Source: Octopus vulgaris (lineage: Eukaryota). Taken from it: 64,000 nt of DNA. Below, one piece after another: positions 13,235-27,029 of this stretch. The stretch is taken from the NCBI GenBank assembly GCA_951406725.2, contig OX597833.1, positions 43,586,001 to 43,650,000 on the forward strand, written 5' to 3'. The notes beneath the pieces are model-generated. The model had not been told where the DNA came from. It worked only from the letters and a program-made list of their open reading frames with translations, and did no database searches. A program made the translations under genes and the position numbers. Each line of letters begins with the position of its first letter. The stretch's first letter is position 1.

Positions 13235-14322
13235 TATGCAATTATGGTAAACATTTCCAGTTTTAGATTGTGTATATGTATTTGTAACTTCATAGATTGC
13301 TAGTTTGTTAGTATTCTATTATTCGTAGTCTGGAATGAAAAGTTATGTATTATTTTTTCTTGGCTCTCTGTTTTCTATCTGTCCACCAAGGTAACCAGAA
13401 CCAAGAAATTGGGGAAACCAGGCAAGAAACCATATGGATACTATGCATTTCATATATCATGCAACATAAGCGATTTTCTTTTGCATCTGTTTAGTAGCAA
13501 AAATCTTTCCAAGATACAAAAAGAAAAAAAAATCTGAACTTTGATAGAAAAGAAAAATATATTTGGAGAAATAAACACCTTTTTTTTTTACAGCACAAAT
13601 ATACTGAATCAATAAATAAAGAGTTGCATTGTAAGGGTTAATCTAAATAGGATTTCTTTTTTAAATTAAACACACGATATTTAATATAAAAGAAAATATC
13701 ACCCTTAATATACAGAGGAATAGTGTATATTTATATATCAGTGACATGCAAAGCATGCAATGCATGTCTGAGACATGTAAATAAGTGCTGATAACAATCT
13801 GATTTTCATATAAAGTATTAATTTTTTGAGGAACATTGGAAAAAAAAATGTGTGAGTATGCATGCATCCTACTTCAATTATGTAATTTTGTAATTATAAA
13901 ATTTCATGCTCAAGCTTATGTACCAGGAGGTAACCTCAATTTACTTATTTAGTATGCATATATGTATGTACACATGTGCACATATATACATACATATGTA
14001 AGTTTGAAGGAATTGGTGTGTTCTTTTTTCTAACATAGAAATGTCAAGCCAACAGACTGACCCACTCAACTTATAAGGGTTAAACTAATAATGAAGTTGT
14101 GTCATTTGTTTCCAAAGTGCAGAGTTGTTAATTTGCAAAGTCGAATTTTAATTGAACCAATGGGCCTAAAACAAACATCCACAATCAGCACAAATAATAT
14201 TATTATAATTTAAAATTGGTGAAAAATAAATATTTATGGCCCAAGAAATGAAGTATGTAGTTTCTTCAAATGATGTGACCTAATTAATGCTGGTGCAGCT
14301 ATATTAAGAAAAGAGTGGGAGT

Positions 14323-14399
<77 letters not shown>

Positions 14400-15896
14400 A
14401 AGAGAGAGAGAGAGTTATTATTGTTAGTGACAGACAAAAAAAGTATCTCTCTCACTGTGAAAGGACAAATTTTATGAAGCACATGGAAGAAATGTGATGT
14501 TGTGTGATTGTGAGACATGGGCATTAAATATGAAACAGCTGTAAAGAGAAAACATGATGTGCCTGATGTGTTGAATGTGAAATACTAACTGTTATACACA
14601 CTAAAAAATTAATAAATAAAGCCCACATCATCACCAGTTTTATGGCCTGGATTGCACAGATTGTTTTCCAATTGTGTGATGCCAATCAATCATAGAATAC
14701 AGGGAACAATGGAGAAAAAGTTTTGTTTTTCTTCAGTTGAATGCCCTTTCTATTACCAATTTTTATAGCACAGACAGAGTAACTGAGATATTGGCTGAAC
14801 ATTAACCACATGGAAGCACAGACATTAAAAAAGTAATGTATAAGACTTTGTTTATTTCATTCATGGGAATAATTTCTTTTAATACTTCTCTGAACTGTAT
14901 AAAACTTTGCAGTACAGCTTTACATTCAAAGTTCAAACCCTACTGAGATCAATTACCTTTCATCATGTTGACTTAATGATAAAGTACAAATCAAATACTG
15001 GGGATGGCACAATTAACTGTATTTTTACCCTCCAAATTTGTTGCTGTGTGTTGATGTAAGAAACCTTTATAGTAACTGTTACATCAATAAAAACTGATTG
15101 GGTAGATTCGTTGGTACCCATTCATGACAAAGTTTAAATTTCTTCTCCCAAAGTTACTTGCTAACTGAACTTAAGCCCATGGGAGCTCATATATCTATAA
15201 TAATGACTAACAAGAAAAATAGAGTGAGCAAATCATTTTACTTCAATTTACAAGTGTTTCATCTTAATCCAATTCAATCTATCTTACAACATTATGTAAT
15301 AATACATGCAACTATTGGTTACTTTCCATGTGCCATTTAAGTTAATCCTAATAACATAAGCTGAGTAAGAATCTTTAGAATTGTGAATAAAAAGGCAAAA
15401 ATATGAAGTAGTCACTCTGCATTAAAAGTTTCAACTTTTGGTCATTTTAATGCCCACTTTTCTATCCTTATAACTGGTCAGATGAAATACATTGAAGCAG
15501 AATCACTATGGCCAGATGGATACCTTTCTTGATATAAACCCTTACCCAAAGTGCTACACAGTAGGACTGAACCCAAAGCAACATGGCTGGAAATGAACTT
15601 CTCAACAACAGCCATGCTTGTGTGCATGCACAGACACACACACACACACGTTAGACAATAGGAAAATAGTTCATCTCAACACAAAACAAAGAAGCATTGT
15701 ACATATGAAATATAATCATCTTAGTTGACACTTCATACTTCAAGTATCTTCTTTATATTACATGAGAACAAAAGAAATTAGCTAACCCTCACCATATAAT
15801 GGTAATGTTTAGCTAACAATAATTGTTTATAATTTAGGTACAAGGCCAGCAATCTTGAAGGCGGGCATTAGTTGATACCATTTCTTTGACTGGTTC

Positions 15897-16113
15897 TTAA
15901 CCCTTTTGATACCCTTTTTATTTTGAGATGCTGTGTTTCTTCCAATTATTTTAAATATAACAAAGAATTTAGTGAAATAACTTCGTTATCATTAAGCTAG
16001 AATTAAGAACATAAATTCTGACTAAGGTTTGATGGAAGATTTTAATTTAGAGTTTTTGTAAGCAAGACCTATCTATTACAGAGCAAGGGGCGGGTTGGTA
16101 TCGAAAGGGTTAA
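15897..16113. mobile_element. TTAA-flanked MITE (piggyBac-like), family M2
   Basis: TTAA-CCCTTT...AAAGGG-TTAA; homologous to 17601-17829 and 56437-56666. Confidence 0.75.
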
Positions 16114-16673
16114 TTTTATCGATGCTAGTACAATGTAAAGGAAAGCTGGTTTAAGAATGTGAACAACTAGAAGAGATCCTGCAACTCAAAAGATTCTGCT
16201 AATCTACCAATCTAATAATAATAATAATAATAGTTCCAAATTTTGCAACAAAGTCAGCAATTTTGGGAGAGGGGATAAACCAATTATATCAATCCCAGTT
16301 CTTGACTGGTACCAATGCCAAAAGGATGAAAGACACAGTTGATCTCAGCAGAATTTGAACACTGAACAAGCATTTTGCCTGGAATGCTAATGCTTCTGCC
16401 AGCTTGCTACCTTTATAATAATAATGATAATGCTTCTAATATAAGCACTAGACTAAAAGTTTGGAGGAGGGGGCTTGTCAATACCATCAACCCCAATATT
16501 TGATTGGCATGGTATTTTATCAACAACACCCCACTCACCAAGGGATGAAAAAGAACTGACACTATTGAGATTTGAACTCAGAACACAAATACCACATGGT
16601 ATTTTGTTTAGCTGTGGTATATATCAGCATCATGTTCTTGCAGTATAACGAAAATGACACTGCTTGTATGATA

Positions 16674-16883
16674 CTCTCTTTACTCTTTTACTTGTTTCAG
16701 TCATTTGACTGCGGCCATGCTGGAGCACTGCCTTTAATCGAGCAGCTCGACCCTGGGACTTATTCTTTTGTAAGCCTAGTACTTATTCTATCAGTCTCTT
16801 TTGCCGAACCGCTAAGTGACGAGGACATAAACACACCAGCATCGGTTGTCAAGCAATGCTAGGGGGGCAAACACAGACACACG

Positions 16884-16929
<46 letters not shown>

Positions 16930-17094
16930 TACGACAGGCTTCTTTCAGTTTCCGTCTACCAAATCCACTCACAAGGCTTTGGTTGGCCTGAGGCTATAGT
17001 AGAAGACACTTGCCCAAGATGCCACGCAGTGGGACTGAACCCGGAACCATGTGGTTCGTAAGCAAGCTACTTACCACACAGCCACTCCTACGCC
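16674..17094 (-). mobile_element. SINE family A, full length
   Basis: Complete head-to-tail match to the other copies. Confidence 0.9.
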
Positions 17095-17600
17095 TAGTTA
17101 TGTAGCAGCTAAATAAAAAAAAAAATAAAAGAGGTACTCTAGCATGGGCACCATCAGATGAAGGAGTTCAAAACTAACCAATAACCTGAAATTACAAGGT
17201 TACACTCACGACACCAGCACAGATCTGTATACCCATCATCAGTTTACTTCATGTAGACAACTAATACTTCCCATTGGTGCTTATGATATGCAAATGACTT
17301 ACAAAGAGGCAAACAATTTGTCTGTAATTGAATTTGAAACTAAGAATGTAGAGCTAGGTCCTGCATTAACACACACCCTTTCCCAGAATGCTACCTCTCA
17401 GGAATTCCCTCCCAAGCCACGTACTTCTGGTCACTGTCAACTAACCCTTTTTCAAGCACATCAATCAAATCCACTGGGTTTTGATCTCAGTCTCAAAATG
17501 CCTGCAAAAAGAACAAACAAACAAAAAAAGAACCCCACCCCCCAAAAAAAAATCCTTCCCTTAGCTTTCCACCTTCGAACCCACCAAGAAACAACATACA

Positions 17601-17829
17601 TTAACCCTTTCGTTACTGTATTTATTTTGAGATGTTCTGTGTTTCTTTCAATTACTTTAAATATAACAAAGAATTTAGTAAAATAACTTAGTTATCATTC
17701 AGCTTGTATTAGGAACATGAATTGTGACTAAGGTTTGGTGGAAGATTTTAATTGAAACCTTAAGAAAACAAGACATTTGTACAACAGAGCCAGAGCCGGT
17801 TTCAGCTGGGTTGGTAACAAAAGGGTTAA
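17601..17829. mobile_element. TTAA-flanked MITE, family M2
   Basis: TTAA-CCCTTTCGTTAC...GTAACAAAAGGG-TTAA. Confidence 0.8.
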
Positions 17830-17858
17830 ATGATAATTTCTAATATAATCACATAATA

Positions 17859-18093
17859 CCTATTTCTTTACTACTCACAAGGGGCTAAACACAAGAGGGA
17901 ACAAACAAGGACAGACACACGGATTAAGTCGATTACATCGACCCCAGTGCATAACTGGTACTTAATTTAATCGACCCCGAAAGGATGAAAGGCAAAGTCG
18001 ACCTCGGCGGAATTTGAACTCAGAACGTAACGGCAGACGAAACACCGCTAAGCATTTCGCCCAGCGTGCTAACGTTTCTGCCAGCTTGCCGCC
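17859..18093 (-). mobile_element. SINE family B (tRNA-like head, conserved central domain)
   Basis: GGCGGCAAGCTGGCAGAAACG...GAGTTCAAATTCC (B-box-like)...GTCGACTTTGCCTTTCATCCTTTCGGGGTCGAT; many copies, several with target-site duplications. Confidence 0.9.
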
Positions 18094-19489
18094 CTGATTC
18101 AACTAATTTTAGTACTTAGTTTGTATCGACTCCAAACTGACAAAATGCAATGTCAACCACAGCAAGATTTGAACTCAGAACATAAAGAGACAGCAACCAA
18201 ATACTACATGGTCTTTTGTTCCCCATTAATGAATCTGTTGAAGTATATAAATGACAGTAGGAAAAAAAGATAGAGAAGAGCACAAAGTATTTAGGTGACT
18301 GAGCAAAGAAAATGGAATTTGGAGGTACATCATACATTGATTATACACAAGGGAGAACTGGTTAGTAGGTTGAAAGGAAACAGTGTTAAGGCCACAAAGT
18401 CAAGCTTTTTCTCTTTCACCTTATAATATGTAATTGCTAGAGAATAACCAGTTAGGAGCAGAAGGTGAATTATTTTTAAAACCATTTTTGTCCTACACAC
18501 ACACACATACAAAGAAAATATTCAGAAAACAACAACATAACAATAACAACAACAATTATAATAATAGTTTCTAATTCAGGTATAAGAAAGAATAATGATA
18601 ATTATTTTTAACACTGGCAGCACATTTTGAAGAAGGATTCAGTTAAAAGTCAACTCCAGAGGAATTTGAACTTGGAATGTAAAGAGCTAGAAGAAATACC
18701 ATTAAGTATTTTGCCAGTGCTCTGCCTTAATAATAATAATAACTACAACAATAATAATAACGGTCTCAAATTTTGCAGGATTGGAGGAAGGAGTGAGTTG
18801 ATTAAATCGACTCAAGTGTTCAAATAGTATTTATATTATCAACCCCTGAAAGGATGAAAAGCAAAGTCTAAGGTACTATAGTTTTAATTTTGTACAGAAA
18901 GTGTCTGTCAGAAAATAAGAAAATTAAAAGTTTGTTTTTAAAAGTAATTTGATTATAAGATGATAGTGTTATCTTAAAATGACAGTAAAAGGTGTTTGCT
19001 ACTATGTACATTTGAAAGAACTTTTGATATGTTCACAGATTAGAATGTTTGGAATTACATAGAAAATATCTTTTTTAGGATATGAGCAGTTCACCCAGTG
19101 CACTAATGATTCTGCCAGCTCACTGCCTTATGAGATCACCATGTCACAGACATGGTTGTGATACATGTGCCTGGTGTACCCTTATCAGACACACAGACAT
19201 GATGGGTATAGTGGGCTTTGTATATTTTACCCCAGTGTCACTTTGATGGCATGCACAGCTCCCTCACTCAATAATAATAATAATGATGGTTTCAAATTTT
19301 GCCATAAAGGCAGCAATTTTGGGGGAAGGGTGAGTCGATTACATTGACACCAGTGTTTAACTGGTACTTATTTCATCAACCCCGAAAGAATGAAAGGTAA
19401 AGTCAACCTTGGTGGAAATTGAACTCAAAACGTACCACTAAGAATTTCATCCAGCACACTAACAATTCTGCCAGCTTGCCGCCTTAATA

Positions 19490-20125
19490 ATAACAAGTCC
19501 TCATGGAAAAACCCATGAAAGTCATGGATATGTGATCAGCAGGGCAAGAGCCCTTCTCCTTTACAGGTGTATGCTCAAAATTGGTCCTTTCACACTGGCC
19601 ATTCTTCCAATATTCACCCACCTTTCAACAAACTTGCTAGAGGGCAACACTTCTCTCTCCACCCTCACTTTCATAATCATAATAATAATAATTAATTCTT
19701 TTTATTGGCTACAAGGGCCGACAAACATGATTGGAAAACATAAAGGGACAAAACAGGACAAAAGGTTACAAAAGGTTTTGTCCGTTTGTGAAAAAATCGA
19801 GTAAAAAGGCAGTTTAACAACGAAAAACTCCCAACAGAGGAGACGCTTCGAAAAAAAGAAAAGGTCTCGCGTGGAAAAACCCATAAAAGCCACGGGAACC
19901 TGGTCAAAAGGTGGGTAGAGAGCCCCTTTCTCCTTTTATAATACCTTTTTCAATTACAGGCGAAACCTGAGAATTGGTCCATTTACACTGGCCATTCTTG
20001 CACAATTCACCCACCTTTCAGAAAACTTGCTATCTGACAGCACTCTCCTCTCTAACCTCATCTTCCTTTTCAAGTGAAACTTGAAAAAGTTGATGAGGCC
20101 TTGACCAAAGATGAAAGTGTCTACC
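19490..20125 (-). mobile_element. Two adjacent 3' fragments of a Tx1/L1-like LINE
   Basis: Minus-strand peptides GQGLINFFKFHLKRKMRLERRVLSDSKFSERWVNCARMASVNGPILRFRL* and MKVRVEREVLPSSKFVERWVNIGRMASVKGPILSIHL*; the longer copy has a 3' UTR ending in AATAAA and (ATT)n; clade assignment rests on a short F.ERW...SV C-terminal motif. Confidence 0.55.
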
Positions 20126-20370
20126 TACTAATTCTATCAGTACTTGACAGTTATTAGTCAAAGAAAATACACTTGTGGTGGTTGTTCTGATGCCTTGCAT
20201 TCTGAGTTTAAATCCCATGAAGGTCTTCTTATCCTTCTGAGGTTGATAACTACTAGTGAAGTACTGAAGTAGATTTAAATGATCGACCTTTTCTCCTTCA
20301 AAAAAAATGCTGGTCTTATGTGTACTTAGGAGTCCACTATTCCCCACAAAATATATATGCATCAACGTAT

Positions 20371-20599
20371 ACTCTTTACTCTTTTACTTGTTTCAGTCAT
20401 TTGACTCTGGCCATGCTGGAGCACTGCCTTTTTTAGTTGAGCAAGTCGACCCCGGGACTTATTCTTTGTAAGCCCAGTACTTATTCTATCGGTCTCTTTT
20501 GCCGAACTGCTAAGTGACGGGGACATAAACACACCAGCATCGGTTGTCAATCAATGCTAGGGGGACAAACACAGACACACAAATACACACACACACACA

Positions 20600-20643
<44 letters not shown>

Positions 20644-20823
20644 TATATATATACATATATACGACAGGCTTCTTTCAGTTTCCATCTACCAAATCCACTC
20701 ACAAGGCATTGGTCAGCCCGGGGCTATAGCAGAAGACACTTGCTCAAGATGCTACGCAGTGGGACTGAACCCGGAACCATGTGGTTGGTTAGCAAGCTAC
20801 TTACCACACAGCCACTCCTGCAC
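20371..20823 (-). mobile_element. SINE family A
   Basis: Full-length match to the family. Confidence 0.9.
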
Positions 20824-21485
20824 TTATGTGTATTTTTGTTTTGGTATTAGTCTACTTCTATGGCTTGATAACAGGTGTTGGTTTGTTTACATCCCTGTAA
20901 CTGAGCAATTTGGCAAAAATGAGACCAATAGGATAAGCGCGGGGGGGGGGTCAATCTGTCTGACTAGGTTCTTCATGGCAGTACCCCAGCATGGCTGTAC
21001 TCTCATGATTGAAACACTTAAAAGACAAGTAATGTTTACAAAATCATGGAAAAGAAAAAGCAAACACAAGAAATTTGCGTGTGCGTGAGTGAGCAATTGT
21101 GCGTGTGTGTGTGTGTGTGTGTGTGCGCACGCACACATGTAAACATACACAATATACACACACACAACATAGGAAAAGTAGGACATATATCAGCCATGAC
21201 TCAGAAGGGTGTGTAGTGATAAACTATTTAAACAAAACAGCAAAAATCTAGTAATAGGAAAAATTACAAACAAGAGAAGGTAAACAGGCACAGAAATAAT
21301 TTGTCATACATATCACACTAAGAACTTATTTCCTTTTTTTTTTCTTCTTCTTCTACAATATAACTGAACATTTTTCTTTTGTCACTGGTTCACTGTATTT
21401 GTGACAACCATTATGAAATTGCCAGTATAACAGAGTCCTGAAAGGAATGTTACAAGCTTATATCACAAAGCATTGATTTACATTT

Positions 21486-21871
21486 TCTCTCTTTACTCTC
21501 TCTCTTTTACTTGTTTCAGTCATTTGACTGTGGCCATGCTGGAGCACCGCCTTTAATCGAACAACTCGACCCCAAGACTTATTCTTTTTTTTTGTAAGCC
21601 CAGTACTTATTCTATCGGTCTCTTTTGCCGAACCACTAAGTAATGGGGACATAAACACACCAGCATCAGTTGTCAAGCAATGCTAGGGGGACAAACACAC
21701 ACACGCATATATATATATATACGACGGGCTTCTTTCAGTTTCCGTCTACCAAATCCACTCACAAGGCTTTGGTCGGCCTGAGGCTATAGTAGAAGACACT
21801 TGCCCAAGGTGCCACGCAGTGGGACTGAACCCGGAACCATGTGGTTGGTAAACAAGCTACTTACCACACAG
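21486..21871 (-). mobile_element. SINE family A
   Basis: Near full-length match to the family. Confidence 0.9.
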
Positions 21872-21892
21872 TTTTCTCGCTGATCTTTTTAC

Positions 21893-22136
21893 CTCTTATT
21901 TGTTTCAGTCAATAGACTGTGGCCATGCTGGGGCACCACCTTAAAGAATTGTTTTAGTCAAATTAATAGACCCCGCCAGTACTATTTTCTTTTTTTTTTG
22001 TTTGTTTGTTTATCTTAATTCTGGCACTTATTCTATCAATCTGTCTTGCTGAACTGCCAAGTTATGGAGATGTAAACACGCCAACACTGGTTGTCAGGTA
22101 GTGGTGGGGGGACAAACACAGACACACACACATATA

Positions 22137-22170
<34 letters not shown>

Positions 22171-22706
22171 CATATACACACATACATACATATATACACA
22201 CACACATACATATATATACACACACATACATATATATACACACACATATATATACATACATATATATATATATATACATACATATATATATATATACATA
22301 CATACACACACACATATATATATATATACATACATACACACACACATATATATATACATACATATACACACACACACACATATACATACATATACACACA
22401 CACACACATATATATACATATACACACACACAGATATATATACATACATATACACACACACATATATATATATATACATACATATACACACACACATATA
22501 TATATACATACATACATACATACATACATACATACATACACACACACACAATGAACTTCTTTCAGTTTTCGTCAACCAAATCCACTTACAAGACTTTGGT
22601 CAGCCCGAGGCTGTAGTAGAAGACACTTGCCTAAAGTGCCATGCAGTGGGACTGAACCTGGAACTATGTGGTTGGGAAGTAACCCTACTACGACACAGCC
22701 ATACAT
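21893..22706 (-). mobile_element. Older SINE family A copy with expanded internal (CA/TA)n
   Basis: Diverged head and tail flank ~440 bp of microsatellite. Confidence 0.8.
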
Positions 22707-23131
22707 GCTTACATTTTTTATACACACACACACACAAACTTATTTTATGGGATTTTTTGTTCAATGCTTCACTCAACCCAAAACTAAGGTGAAAGACACT
22801 TGCTCAAAGAATCATGAAGTGCAGTCAAATCTGACACGAACCATGTGATTGTAAAGCAAATTTTTACCCATATATGCATGTCCTGCCTTTTTGTTTATGC
22901 CACCATCATGCTCACCTGCTTTTAAAATGTTATTGGTGTAGCATATAGTGTATGCATTATGTGTAGTGTTAGTAGTAGTAGGATGTTTATTAGCTGTTTA
23001 GATACAATCAAAGACGTTACAACTGTGAACAACCAGTTTTATGTTTATCATTGTCCAATGTGTCAGGTTTTCATACTGAATTTCATGGTTGATTACACTT
23101 TGTTTTCTTTTACTATTACTAATATAAAGGG

Positions 23132-23398
23132 TAAAGGTGGCGAGCTTGCAGAAACATTAGCATGCCGGGCGAAATGCTCAGCAGTATTTCGTCTGTCGCT
23201 ACGTTCTGAGTTCAAATTCCGCCGAGGTCGACTTTGCCTTTCATCCTTTCGGGGTCGATAAATTAAGTACCAGTTACGCACTGGGATCGATAAATCAAGT
23301 ACCAGTTACGCACTGGGGTCAATGTATTTGACTTAATCCCTTTGTCTGTCTTTGTTTGTCCCCTCTATGTTTAGCCCCTTGTGGGCAATAAAGAAATA
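23132..23398 (+). mobile_element. SINE family B with 18-bp target-site duplication
   Basis: TATTACTAATATAAAGGG at 23114-23131 and 23399-23416. Confidence 0.9.
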
Positions 23399-23604
23399 TA
23401 TTACTAATATAAAGGGAGTAATTAACAAATAACAAAAAAAAAGATAAGACTGACTCAAAGCTGTCCTGCTCAGTATACCTGAAAAAGAGTAGTTAGGAAT
23501 TTCATACAGTTTACCCAGTGTCAGCTGTTAGTACATTATGACTTCAAATTCCATCAAGGTCAACTTTGTTTTTCATCCTATCAGGGTTGATAAAATAAGT
23601 ACCT

Positions 23605-23818
23605 ATTTACTACCCACAGAGAGGACAAAGAAGGACAGACAAACTGATTAAGTCGATTACATCGACCCCAGTGCGTAACTGGTACTTAATTTATCGACCC
23701 CGAAAGGATGAAAGGCAAAGTCGACCTCGGCGGAATTTGAACTCAGAACGTAAAGGCAGACGAAGTACCACTAAGCATTTCGCCTGGCATGCTAACGATT
23801 CTGCCAACACGCCGCCTT
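23605..23818 (-). mobile_element. SINE family B
   Basis: Family match; inverted relative to 23132-23398. Confidence 0.9.
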
Positions 23819-24039
23819 TGATAAAATAAGTACCAGCTGAGCACTGAGGTCAGACTAATTGACATACCCCCTCCCCACCAAAATTGCTAGCCTTGTGTCA
23901 CATTTTGAAATGAATATTAAATGTTTATGAGAACACAACAACCACTCCTCTAAGCTGGGTCATGTCAGTATCAGCCCAAGAATCACTGAACTAAAAACAT
24001 TAACTATAGTTAGACCATTTCAACAGTAATGTTCAACTA

Positions 24040-24470
24040 GAAGGGATGTAGCCAGTCCACCTATGCATACCTTTCCTTCTTGGGACACAAAACTCTACTT
24101 GTCAAGACCTGTTGAGGCAAGTGAAAATCGAAATTGATCAACATCAATGGAAATTGCAGCTGTGATACCAGTGCCGGTGGTACGTAAGAGAACCATCCGA
24201 ACATGGCCGTTGCCAGCGCCGCCCTGACTGACCTCATGCCGGTGGCAAGTTAAAAGCACCATCCGATCCTGGCCGTTTGCCAGCCTCGTCTGGCACGTAA
24301 AAAGCACCCACTACACTCACGGAGTGGTTGGCGTTAGGAAGGGCATCCAGCTGTAGAAACATTGCCAGATCAGATTGGGCTTGCTGCAGCCTTCTGGCTT
24401 CCCAGACCCCAGTTGAACCATCCAACCCATGCTAGCATGGAAAGCGGACGCTAAACGAAGATGATGATGA
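24040..24470 (+). mobile_element. RTE-clade LINE 3' UTR fragment
   Basis: Reverse complement of the UTR that follows the RTE ORF end at 45813-46190; (GAT)n tail. Confidence 0.75.
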
Positions 24471-24789
24471 AGGCACATATCAACTTGACATTTATAATAT
24501 AATACTGAACCGCTATCCAAGGAGATTAAAGCAAAGAAATATACTTTTCCACTTATTAGGTCACACTACTTTTACATATATCAAACGTAAGCTTCTCTTG
24601 TGTAAAAATGAGTAAAGCAATTTACATAGCTTCACGTAAGCACTATAAGCTTTAATGAGACAGAAAAAAGCCTGCAGGCCTAGTAGCTGGTTTCAAGCTA
24701 CATGGCTACTGTTTGCTAAATAACGACTACTAATTAACCATCAGAGAATTTGCCATTCCATTATCTAAGACTAGGTGCTACACTATTTA

Positions 24790-24999
24790 CTCTCTTATTT
24801 GTTTCAGTCATTTGACTGCGGCCATGCGGGAGCACCGCCTTTAACCGAGCAACTCGACTCCGGGACTGATTCTTTGTAAGCCCAGTACTTATTCTATCAG
24901 TCTCTTTTGCCGAACCGCTAAGTGACGGGGACATAAACACACCAGCATCGGTTGTCAAGCAATGCTAGGGGGACAAACACACACACACAAACATACACG

Positions 25000-25041
<42 letters not shown>

Positions 25042-25206
25042 TACGACGGGCTTCTTTCAGTTTCCGTCTACCAAATCCACTCACAAGGCTTTGGTCGCCC
25101 CGAGGCTATAGTAGAAGACACTTGCCCAAGGTGCCACGCAGTGGGACTGAACCCGGAACCATGTGGTTGGTTAGCAAGCTACTTACCACACAGCCACTCC
25201 TGTGCC
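24790..25206 (-). mobile_element. SINE family A
   Basis: Full-length match to the family. Confidence 0.9.
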
Positions 25207-25846
25207 TATTTCTGAAATTTTAACACCAAAAGATAATTGATTACTCACTTAGCAATAGCGGGATAAGCTATTCTATTAATGGCTTCAACAGTTAATTCAA
25301 GATTACATTTCTTGTCAGAGTACTATGGGTTTTCTTGCCGTGAATGACTTATATTGTAATTTCATTTCTTAATGTTTTTTTTATGTTGCAGAGAAGTATA
25401 CAACAGAATTGATTCCATCACTAACACATTTTTTTTTCCCGTTTGCTAATTTGCTAAAGTTAAGACTTATGCAACAAAAAAAAAACAAAAAAAAAAAACT
25501 CATTATAATAAAGCGCAATTAGGATGAATTGAGCCGACAATAACCTCCACGAAAGTTATAAATCTATATTATTGATAGAAATTTAAATGACAAATGGTAC
25601 AGCACAAAAATAACACAATAATATTCAGTTATATCACTAAGATCTTGTGTTGCCTTTCCTCCTGTGAAGCCTTTCACCCCTCCAAATAAGTATCAAGCAA
25701 ATTTAACTGAAATACCTCCTTCTTGCTGGCCTTGTGCCAAAATAGGAAATTATTATTGTTGCATTATAACTATTGTTGTTGTTGTTGTTGTTGTTTTAGT
25801 TGTTAATGTTAGATGAACAGTAAATGTGCATGCGAAATAGACTTAC

Positions 25847-25901
25847 TTTCATTTTGTCAGTTTTTGCATAAATAGCATTTTCTCGTTCATCATAGTCCTT
25901 C
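25847..25901 (-). CDS. IgSF membrane protein, cytoplasmic exon (R)KDYDERENAIYAKTDKMK
   Basis: Acceptor TTTTTTATTTTCCAG, donor GTAAGT; 55 nt, phase 2 to 0, completes the CG|G Arg codon of the previous exon. Confidence 0.75.
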
Positions 25902-26013
25902 CTGGAAAATAAAAAAGGCAGAATTTCATTTTACTTTGTTTTATAAAGCAGTCAACACTTTTATGTCACACAATTTGTGAACCCTCCTCCCAGTCACAAC
26001 ACTATCTCATTGT

Positions 26014-26505
26014 AAACCAGCTTCAACAAACTTTGAAACCAGCTTCAACAAACTCAACAAACTTTGAAACCAGCTTCAACAAACTTTGAAACCAGCTTCA
26101 ACAAACTTTGAAACCAGCTTCAACAAACTTTGAAACCAGCTTCAACAAACTTTGAAACCAGCTTCAACAAACTTTGAAACAAGCTTCAACAAACTTTGAA
26201 ACAAGCTTCAACAAACTTTGAAACCAGCTTCAACAAACTTTGAAACCAGCTTCAACAAACTTTGAAACCAGCTTCAACAAACTTTGAAACCAGCTTCAAC
26301 AAACTTTGAAACCAGCTTCAACAAACTTTAAAACAAGCTTCAACAAACCTTGAAACAAGCTTCAACAAACTTTGAAACAAGCTTCAACAAACTTTGAAAC
26401 CAGCTTCAACAAACTTTGAAACCAGCTTCAACAAACTTTGAAACAAGCTTCAACAAACTTTGAAACAAGCTTCAACAAACTTTGAAACAAGCTTCAACAA
26501 ACTTT
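26014..26505. repeat. 22-bp minisatellite, ~22 copies (TTGAAACCAGCTTCAACAAACT)
   Basis: Directly visible; units differ mainly by CCAG/CAAG. Confidence 0.97.
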
Positions 26506-27029
26506 ATCCCAGACGTAGCTGCACAATCTTGCACTGAACTAAATCCCTGCTAATATTATAACAAGTATCACATGAATGAATTTCTTTTATTTTTTACTTG
26601 CTTCTGTTTCTGGACAGCAGCCATGCTGTGTTGGCAACCACCTGGAAAGGTTTAGTCAAACATATCGACCCCCAGTACCTCTTCTATCAGTCTCTTTTGC
26701 TGAACAACTAAGTCATGAATACATAAACAAACCAAAATCAATCATTAAGGCTGTGGGCGACAGACACAAAAATAAGATACAGACATGCATATACACACAC
26801 ACACACACATATATATATACACACACACACACACACGCATACATATATATATACACACACACACATATATACACACACACACATATACATATACACACAC
26901 ATACACACACACACACACACATATATATATACATACATATATATATATACACACATGTACATACATACATACATACACACACACACAGATGCATACATAC
27001 ACATTGTGTAAAAAAGTTCTGATCTCTTA

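Noticed and set aside
18116-18360. YDVP-containing ORF as a further cytoplasmic exon
   Set aside because: The YDVP frame has a stop between the nearby acceptor and the motif and does not match the phase-0 donor
26014-26505. CRISPR-like array
   Set aside because: Units are contiguous with no unique spacers, no cas genes, and the context is eukaryotic
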